Positions 54,587 to 64,000 of a stretch of 64,000 nt of DNA are shown piece after piece. Position numbers and translations under genes: made by a program. Under the pieces are notes generated by a model. It saw only the letters and a list, made by a program, of their open reading frames with translations, was not told the DNA's origin and did no database searches. This stretch comes from Paragordius varius (Eukaryota; Animalia; Nematomorpha): the NCBI GenBank assembly GCA_964247055.1, contig OZ176057.1, positions 4,278,001 to 4,342,000 of the forward strand. The letters are read 5' to 3'. Position 1 is the first letter of the stretch. The number at the start of each line of letters is the position of its first letter.

Positions 54587-57500
54587 CAAACTACTAACCT
54601 ATATATTATATTACTTATGTACTCTATTTTCATAAATGCTTTTACAACAATAACGAGAACTATTATTCATCATATATATTTTTTATGGCGTGTTGAGAGT
54701 GATAACAGTGGCTCTTGTTCGAAACAATAATTTATGTTAGCAATTTAATCCAAATATAAAAATGAATAATTATACACATGATAACCAATATATAACACTT
54801 TATTACCTTTTGTGTTACTTTTAAAGTCCATAAACCATATAAATTCGATTGTCTTAATAAGTGTTTTAGTATTGCAACAAATTTAAAAATATAATTTTAT
54901 TAGCATTAAACAAATCTTGCAAAAAGGTTCTCAAACTTTTTGCTGCTATTTCCCTATTTAAATAATACAACAAGCAAATAAATGCATATTAATATACAAA
55001 ATACACTCTTTATATTTACTTATTATAATCAGCTTACTTATTTTCTGCAGCTAAATTAAGAATTTTAGGAGTCAAGAAACTGTAAAAACTATCCTATTTC
55101 AAGAATGGATTGATAATTATATTTTAACTAAAATAATTTTTTAATAAGCTATGATAAAGTTTTAACCCAAAAGAAATCATCTACAAACGTAAGATTAATA
55201 AAGTCTTAAGTCCCATTTTAGCCATTTAATATTCATACATGATTAATTTCAGCTCTCATTAATAAATTGTCCCCTATAAAGAGTTTTTTATAGGGCATTA
55301 TGTAAATCATATAATGTTTTAAATTTCTATAATACCTTCTCCACCAACAGCCCCTATCATATAAAGGTTAATTCAAACACTGATTTTATTTGTTAACATA
55401 AAAAAAGATTTAGGTAAAATTTTTTACCTTCTTCAGTTGCCACTGTAATGAATATTAAATAATTATGATGTAAATTTATTAACTGTATTCACGAATTAAC
55501 GATTATCATTAAACCCAGTTTATGTTTGAAGGCAGCTAGCTAGCGCATAGCTATAACCTTTACTAAATTAAAAATTTAAAAAATTGTTATCAAATTTAGA
55601 TATACAAATTTGCGCTATTCATAAAACATTTAGTAAGTCATTAGAAAAGAGGAAGATTAAACAATATAATTTTGAATACAAAAATAAGTTTGAAAAAGGC
55701 GAAAAAATATCAAGTTGTGGTGTAAAAAACTTTAAATTATAGTCGATTTCTGTTAACGATTTTTGGTTTTATGTTATGATTCGTTTTAATATATATCCTA
55801 TAAATGTTTGGGCTTCAAACCGAGATCTATAATGAAATAAAACCAGGATATAGAGCAAATGGAACCAGCTTGGTTTTTAAGTACAGTTTCGCAACCGGTT
55901 TTGTACAAGGAACCGGTTTCCTTTCTGACTATTATGATTATATTTTATTCATAATTATTTCATAAACCACTTATTTTGGAGTGTATATGAAAATTGAGCT
56001 GGGGGATCCAACTATTTATAATTTAAACCAGGGTCTTTCCTTGAATTTTGAAACTAAAATCGATTGTTTTTAAGAAAGTAGAAACTTGATTTATAATAAC
56101 CTGAAGGTTCCTAAATTTAGTAGCGGATTCTTATTCCGTATGTTCCGTTTACGATTCAAATCCCTGATTAAAATTTCAAGGTTAAATTACTTTAAAATGC
56201 AAAATTTTTGTCTATGGGCCTTTCAAAATTTGATTAAGATTAACTTAACTTAACCTTCATTTTGAAATTTCACATAATCTTTTAATAGAGAATTAATGCT
56301 TAGTTGGGTTGGATTTTAATATGAAATAAAATATTATTAAATATCTTTTTTATATCAATTAATGTTAGTATAATAATTTCAAAAATACGGCAATTTTTAA
56401 TTTTATTAACACCCCTAGAAAAACATTTAACCTGAAAAAAATCTGGTATATTAAATATTAAAAAATTCTTTTCCACGCATGTCGACCAAATTTTAACTAA
56501 CGCGATTCTCGAGATAATTTAAAATTTGTAATGGTACAAATAAAAGACATAACAAATATAAATATTATTTTAAAAGACAGTTCTATATAATTAAAAAATA
56601 ACATATATATTATTAAATTATATTAAATATAATTAAAATTAAATTATTACTAGTTTCTTGGTAAAAATGTAAAAGCGATATATTTAATGCATACCTGCGG
56701 CAGCTAAATAACAATTTTTTGAATTATTACTAAACATGTAAAAATATTCTAACATTAGTATTCATCAATAATTTCCCCTATTTTTATTTATATTAAAACA
56801 TATATTATTCAAAAATATGGATCCTCTTATACAAATAAGAAAAAACCCGCTAATATTTATTTCAAAGCAAGCCAACAAAAACCTCAAATATAAAACAAAA
56901 TCATAGATTAAAATTTAAAGACAGAACGTATGGTGTTAGGGTAGCCATGAGAATTTGTTCATCCAACAACTTTTATATCTGTATTAATTTTAGCCTAAAA
57001 AAGTTCATTCTATGTTATACACCTAATATTTACCCCTAGACATGATAATGTTTTGATATTTTTAAATCTAGCCAAAATATGTGCATAATGCAACCTGTGT
57101 ACCGCTGTTAAAATACCCCATATATATGATTTATTTTTTTCTTTAAAGGGAAGTTGTAGGGTTTTGTTTTTTTACATTCTTAAATTAGAATAAAAAATCT
57201 ACGTCCGAGTGTTATTAATATAGTTAACAAAGTATTCATTTCGATTCGATTGGATGTTACTATATGATCATTTTTTTAAAATATCTTATTCAACAAATTA
57301 TCATAATATGACAGCTTTTTTGTTTCGTGAGCTAAGATGTAATTATACAATACATCCTAAATAAAAATTAATAAATTTTATTTTTTATAAACAAAACCAT
57401 ATGGGACTTCTTTTGGAAGTAGAACCGAAGCTAAAATATTTTCTGAACGGTTAAAACGATGACCCTGATTCTAAAACATAAATTTGAAACCGAGGTGGTT

Positions 57501-58948
57501 CTTAAAATTTAAAACCGAAATTCGGTTGCAGACCTAACTGAACAGGTTCTATTAAAATATCAGAAACAAATTATTTACTCAATTAATCTTGCCTATAAGT
57601 TTAATGAAAAATTTTTCACGCATAGTTTCATACGAGAACTATATGGCCTTTAACTGTATCATAATATTTGTATTTTCATATATACTTATTCATTTTTACT
57701 ATAAAAAATTTAAGTATTTAAAAAAGATGGCTAGCTCTAATTACATTATCAATACGTGTTTAATTATCAAAAAATATGATGTATAGCAAAAACCTTCTTA
57801 TTACCAATAAATTTTATTAAGGTATAAAATTACATCATCCAAATAAAAAATAAATACAATAAATATTCATTATAATATTTTTATATATTTTTTACCTGTA
57901 TCGGCTACAAATTAATTAATTAAAATTACAAATAAATTTTGGATCGAAAGAGCGAAACATGAATGTATCCATTAGTAAAAAGTTTAAATTTTTAAATTTT
58001 TGATTTTATATTTCTATAATTTATAATATTAAACAAACACTAATAATATAATGATAAATTTTGTAAGTAATTTATCAATAATCCAAGTTGTATGAAAAAT
58101 TTTAAAAATCTTCATAATATTAGTTAATTTTTCCATATAAAATTGGCATTTTTACACCTTTCTTTGAAATTCTGTTTTTTTATATTATTCACTAAGAGTA
58201 ATTAATTTAAGTGTAGGAGAACTAAAGATGTGCAATGACAAATTTTAGGTGATTTAATTTAAAATGATAAAGCCTTAGTTCGTAAAATTTTCTATTTTTC
58301 TAATTAATTTAAGAAGCTTTCAGAGAAGAACCGGAAAAACACATTTTAGTGATATTGTAAGATATTAGTAAACGCACAAGGTAAATATATTTAAATCCAA
58401 AAATACACCATATAAAGTTGTTTTTAATTGTGTTTAAAAATTGAATGTACGGACAAAAGGCAACATAAATGAACATTTTTTTATAACCATTTTTAATCGT
58501 GATTCAATATAAATCATTGTGTAAGAAAATATGACTTAGAGATGTATATGGCAACGCAATAAATTATTTTACAGATGTAATTAAATAATTTAATGGGAAA
58601 TTTAGGTTAAAAAAGTTTGGATGGTTTTTAGAAACAATTATTATATTTATTTATATTTTGTCGAAATAATTTAAATTTTGTAATTAGTTAAATGATTTCC
58701 CATCTATTTAAATGCAAGCTCTTTATTTCATTTTTGATTTTTTTAAATTCAAAATAAATTACCGTCAAAGAAAAGATCTGGGTCAGATTCGGCATCAAAA
58801 AAAACAGATTCTAATCAAATGATTTATAAATATAAAAATATAAGTGGTGCTTATAATGATTTATGTCTAATCCATGTTGAATAAACCAAACAAAAATGTT
58901 TATGAATAAAATATAAGGTTTTGATATTTAAAGTTTATCTGTTAAAAA

Positions 58949-58956
<8 letters not shown>

Positions 58957-59003
<47 letters not shown>
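58957..59003. repeat. (TA)n microsatellite
   Basis: Pure TA run. Confidence 0.95.
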
Positions 59004-59004
<1 letters not shown>

Positions 59005-59269
59005 TTTGTTAAATAACCGTGATTAAATTAACAACTAATGATAAGTATTTTAGGACAGCGCATGCAATAAATATGTTAGTTATTCATGATTCATAATCAA
59101 ACTCTATTTACATTTTTTTATAAAAAATTGTTTAAAAATATAGTTAAATAGCAGGTGTTGCTATATGTTCGGTTTTAGTAAAAAAAATAGTTTTATAAAA
59201 TTATAAATTGATAGGCTTCCCCCTAAAAATACTCTTTAATTATATATATGCCAAAAATAATCGTTATTT

Positions 59270-61000
59270 GCGACAAACCATTAGCCATTATACTTCCGAT
59301 TTCATTTAAGTACTTCTCTGCAAAGGCATTGGTGCGAAGAAAAATAGATTAAACCAGTGGTACTCACCAAAAAAATTTGACGGGCCAAATAAAACATATT
59401 CTTTTTTTGAATGCCATAAACCTTATAATGGCAAATATTCCAGAGCTATTTGACACATATGCACATATTTATACTCTGAGTCAGCACAATAATTTTTTTT
59501 CGGAGCGCATAAATCCAGCTAAAAACTCTTTTGACCATTTCGTTTAAAAAATTAAAATATTTTGATAACATCATTTAATTTTGATATTACATAATTTTTG
59601 ACATTTGATTTCGTCTCATGACAGGCCACGTCGTCCATATGATCATCGGTTAAGCGATTTTTGTTATTCTTGACATTTATTTTTGAATATGCCGTCTCAC
59701 ATGTTTAAATTGAGGGAAAAACAGTTAGGATAACTGGAGCACTTTTTTAATATTTTCATATTTATTTGGCACATCATGCCAAAATACATTTTCTTCTCTA
59801 CGATTCTCATTGAATATAGCCCCCGAATTGGAATCTATAATCATTGAATTCTTCAATGATTATAACCTGATCGAAACCAAAATGTTCAAGTTGCCTAAGA
59901 TTAGATAAATCCATACGCCATGGATTTTCAACGAGTTCTAAGCAATTTTAAATATTTTTTAATTCCTTAAATCTGAGTTTCATCTCATTGGATAAAAATG
60001 TTAGATGATTGTTTATTATTAAATTAATCTGCGCGGGAAATTCCATATTTTCTCATTAATCGTTTTGATGGGTGAAAGGCTTGCTTAAACACAAAAAAGG
60101 AATGCAACAAACATTTCAAAATAGAAAACAAATCAGAATACATTAGCAAAAACAACATGTGCCAAAATTTTAAAATCATTTTAATGTAGGGAAAATTTTC
60201 TACATTTGGGTAATAAAAATTAAGGAAAATAATTTAATATTAAATATACCAAAATTCGTTTATGAGTATTTTATTACAATAAAATTATAATTTAAGTATT
60301 AATATGGTCATAGGGCAATTTTAAATCACTTTTAGGGCCGCATGCGGCCCGCGGGCCGCGGTTTGAGTACCACTGGATTAAACGGTTGCATGTCAAGAGA
60401 GTGCAGCGAATGCTTAAAAACTTCCATTGAAACATTAGGGGTTTCACTGATTTTGCTGTTGTAGAACGGATGTAATACAGCAGAATTATTCCTTAGTTAT
60501 AGCTCATTTCCCCCAGTTTACATCAATGCTTGATTTAATATAATCCTCAGTTGGCGATCGATTGGTGTTTCAGTTCCGGGCTTGAATAATTTATACAGCG
60601 CTTGTTTCTACTAAACATTAAGCATTAACCACCTGCCAAATCGATCCTAGTTTGATGAACCATAGCAGCTTGTGATTACCAATATAACGCTCATATCATC
60701 CAACACAATAAAATAGAATAATGAATTGCTTTCGTAACGTTGAACCAGAAATCTGCACAAGCCCCTTTGCAATTTTTGGTTTAACTTTAAATTGTGTGGA
60801 TATTTCTTATTTTAAACTCTCGTAGACGTTATTTAAATATAGTAAACGCCTATTGCTGATGAAATAAGTTTATCCTTCATTTGTTATTGAGTCTTGGCTT
60901 TGATCGTGTTTACATTATTTCATCCAAAGCGCCCACGGACTTTTTTAAAATAACAATTATTTTTCAACGATTAATCATACGTAGTAATTGACGCATGCTT
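59270..61000 (-). pseudogene. Possible pogo/Tigger-like DDE transposase relic, interrupted by the hAT MITE at 59355-60375
   Basis: Removing the MITE and one TSD copy and reading the minus strand gives HSLHSLDMQPFNLFFFAPM, resembling the pogo-family PHxxHxLQPLDxxFFxPxK motif. Upstream lies KPKIAKGLVQISGST, resembling pogo-family PKVIAxKGxKQVG. The match is heavily degenerate and the boundaries are approximate. Confidence 0.4.
59355..60375. mobile_element. hAT (Charlie/Buster-like) non-autonomous element, 1021 bp, with perfect 8-bp TSD
   Basis: Perfect 12-bp TIR CAGTGGTACTCA / TGAGTACCACTG. TSD GATTAAAC at 59347-59354 and 60376-60383. Subterminal GGCCGCATGCGGCCCGCGGGCCGC is typical of this group. 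Confidence 0.92.
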
Positions 61001-63442
61001 ACAATTCTCTATCAGCAAATGATTTTTTTATAATAGAATAAGGTAAGTGCGATTAATATGTGCTTGTATTTTAATATCTAATAAATAAACTGATTTGTGT
61101 CAAATGTATGATCAGCGTAATTTCTTGAAACACCTGGTAATATTAAACATTTTTAAATGTATGATTCCTGTATAAACTGTTAGTTTTGATAACATTACCA
61201 TCGTTATAATAGGTAATCTATATCCATCGCATTTGTTGTTTCCAAAAATTCTTATGTTTACCAAAAAGCTTTACAAATATATTGGAAAAAATGGTAATTA
61301 AAACTTGTAAAATATTTTATATAAGGATTGTGATGTTTGGTTTTGGAATAAGTCAGGAATCCGGCTTTGTTGCACCATATAAAAAAGCTGCAAGATATGC
61401 ACACATTTGCCCAACAAATAAATTTTTTTTAAGAAGCTATTAATTTTTCCAAAAATATTAACAATATCTTAACCTAAAAATATTATATTTAATTTAATTA
61501 AAAGTGAGCTTAAAGGTTTCAATATTTTGATTCATATTTTGATAGGCAAGTATATGCTTAAACGCTAAGCCAGATTGTTATATAAAAATTTATGTATATG
61601 GTATGGAAATGTATGACGTCAATGGATATTTTGTATTTAAACTTAATTTATTAAAAAAACTTAAAGGAAAATTTTTGTGACAAATTATAATATAAATAAA
61701 TATAATCCATCTAACATATTCTCCTGTTGGCTCAAAGATTTCGCTATTAATTTAAAAAAGAGGTTATAAATAATTTTTAAATCCTGCTTCAACCTTTCCG
61801 TGTAAAATAACATAATAAATTACAAAATTTAATATAGCAAATATAAATAAAATATGATGCTTTCTTTAAAAAAGTTAGTTTAGTATATATAAAATTATTA
61901 TCAAGCATAGTTTTAATTAAGGCATTTTTCCATGATGCTTAGGGTTTTGAGCTTTGGAGTTTCGGTAATTAATAATTAGTAATTTGTTTGAGAATATATA
62001 AAGTTTATAAAATTATGTAATATTTTATGGAATAAGGCATTTGTTTTTTCTCGAAAATTTTTACAGCAAAATTTCAATTTAATCATTGTCTGATATAGAC
62101 CGGATCTAATGGTAACCTCTTTTGCAAACCTACAATTTGCACATAATCCTATGTAAAATACATAATATATATGAATGGTGTTTTAGGTGGAATGTGTGAT
62201 ACTACAAGAAAATAAATTTAAATTATGGTTAAAAAAGACAATTGTATTCATTTTAAAATTATTTTTAAGTTTGATTAAGTCAAACCCTTATTCTGGCCTT
62301 TGAATTCAATTGTATGATATATGATTAATACATTTCCTATAATCCCGTTTAATCAAATATATATTAAATTTTCGCAAGTAACTTTAAAATCTAAAATTAT
62401 TTCAAATGTAATCGATAAAATAGTAAATAAACCTTTGCTATATAAAATAAATTATTAGTTTTATTAGATTATTTTATTTTAAATTATCTCTAGATCAATG
62501 TGCTTCAGTATATTTTGGTCTTAAAATAAAACTAATATTTAAAAGCTTAATTATCATAAAAAAGTATAAATTTTAACCAAAAATAGGTAAAAAAATGGAT
62601 ATATATATATATACAAAACCCCAAGTAGTCAAATAGTTGTGTGGTACTGTTGAGTGTTAACAAGCAAGAAAAATGTGGATGACGACACGAAAAGTTACAC
62701 ATATCATTTATAATTTTAGTATATAACTATAATTTTCAATCAATATTTTAATTAATTTTCGGTTATCATTAAATTACGGATATAACTACTATACATTATC
62801 AATTCGTCATTTACCTTTATAAAGTTAACTTTGTTTTAATTAAAAATTTATTTTAAACACGAGTTAAATTACTAAAAAAAGATTTGGATTTCAGGTGAAG
62901 ACACAGCTATAACAAGTAATGCCGTTTATAGTTATCCTTTAACTATTTGTTAATGATTGAAAACTAAAAAAATATTACCACTTTCGCTTATTTCGCTTTC
63001 AGACACTTCTAAATTTTTAAATTATTTTATATGATGAAAAAAATTGATAAATATTCAAAAAAATATTAATGCATATTTTACCACTGATTATTTCTTCGTC
63101 CTCTACAATATTAATTATTTACATATATTACATTGAACATAAAATTACGCGCACAAAATGTAAAAACTAAAGCTTATATATAATATTTTTTAGACTATTT
63201 ATTTAGACTTAACTTAAAGTCTTAAAATTAGGAGTGTCCAACAAGTGCCCCAAACTCTCTTTGCGAACTAAATTTAGGAAATATATAATTTGCTAAAATA
63301 TGCCCAAAAATCTTAATAAAATTGATATTCTCAAACAATATTTTAAATAAGTGTATACTTGGCGTTGAGATGGAGAAAATTGTTATATTGTGTACTTAAA
63401 GTCTTATGTTTAAATTTTATTAATAATTTATAAATGTCTATA

Positions 63443-63683
63443 TATACCATTTACAGTTCTAATTTACCCTTATACAATTCAAACTCACCCTCGAACAATA
63501 CATTCACTTATAACAATATAAATTCACTCATGAAAAATTCAAATTCACCTTAAATATCTTATGCGTTTCCGAACTAATGTAACTATTTATTTTTATTAAA
63601 AATATATAAAAATATAGGTAATTTTAATTTTTAATGTATTTTATTTAAAGGTGAATTTGAATTGTTTGAGGGTGAATTTGAAT
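63443..63683. mobile_element. Foldback-like element D (third 21-bp module type), right arm cut off by element C
   Basis: Starts TATACCATTTACAG. The left arm has ~21-bp AATTCAAACTCACCCTCGAAC-type units to ~63553. The inverted arm TATTTAAAGGTGAATTTGAATTGTTTGAGGGTGAATTTGAAT runs ~63642-63683 and stops abruptly. Confidence 0.65.
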
Positions 63684-64000
63684 TATACCATTTACACTTC
63701 AAGAGTGTCCTTGAACAATTCAAGTTGGTCCTTGAACAATTCAAGTTGGTCCTTGAACAGTTCAAGTTGGTCCTTGAACAATTCAAGTTGGTCCTTGAAC
63801 AGTTCAAGTTGGTCCTTGAACAATTCAAGTTGGTCCTTAAACAATTAAGTTGGTCCTTTAACTTTTTTGTTTTGTTTTTAACTTTTATCAATCAAATCGA
63901 TAATAATTCGTCTATTTTATTGTTTTTAACCTATTTTTTATTATTTAACATAAATTTTAAATCGATATCAACTATTAATCTTTGAAAAACCGTATATTTT
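63684..64000 (+). mobile_element. Element C: second copy of the element-B family (left arm and inner segment), running off the window
   Basis: TATACCATTTACACTTCAAGAGTGTCC plus ~7 very uniform GTCCTTGAACA(A/G)TTCAAGTTG units, then a unique segment homologous to 50110-50270 (TTTTTTGTTTTGTTTTTAACTTTTATCAATCAAATCG...AAACCGTATAT). Confidence 0.85.

Noticed and set aside
55800-57540. AACCG/CGGTT-rich patches and TAGGGTAGCCA / CGGTTGCAGACCTA possible hAT ends
   Set aside because: I could not pair the ends or find a TSD; at most these are fragments.
35599-57786. Short isolated ORFs (35599, 41589, 42709, 44718, 45074, 49359, 51363, 57589)
   Set aside because: They are 60-107 aa, composed of AT-biased codons (F, I, K, N, Y), show no recognisable motifs, and some are antisense to or inside repeats. 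Small spliced exons cannot be excluded without RNA data.

Overview
AT-rich, apparently eukaryotic repeat-dominated DNA. A metazoan, probably arthropod, source is inferred from the transposon types. I see no intact protein-coding or RNA gene. Bases 1 to about 34,930 are one head-to-tail satellite array of an ~82-bp monomer (~430 copies). Each monomer is three ~21-bp TTTGATTGTTG(G)AA subunits plus a diverged fourth. The array shows multi-kb higher-order duplications (~2.29, ~5.78/5.94 and ~3.25/3.41 kb), regional variant layers and decay toward its right edge. All ORFs listed there are artefacts of the repeat. The remaining 29 kb is a transposon graveyard: an RTE-like LINE relic, a hAT (Blackjack-like) transposase relic, a pogo-like relic split by a hAT MITE with a perfect 8-bp TSD, other MITEs, an inverted MITE pair and microsatellites. 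The most striking observation is a set of four foldback-like elements. They share the outer terminus TATACCATTT but carry three different 21-bp tandem-repeat modules in their inverted arms. Those modules resemble the 21-bp subunit of the adjacent satellite, suggesting a modular foldback/Helentron-like family that may have seeded the array. All coordinates and alignments were done by eye; no searches were run.
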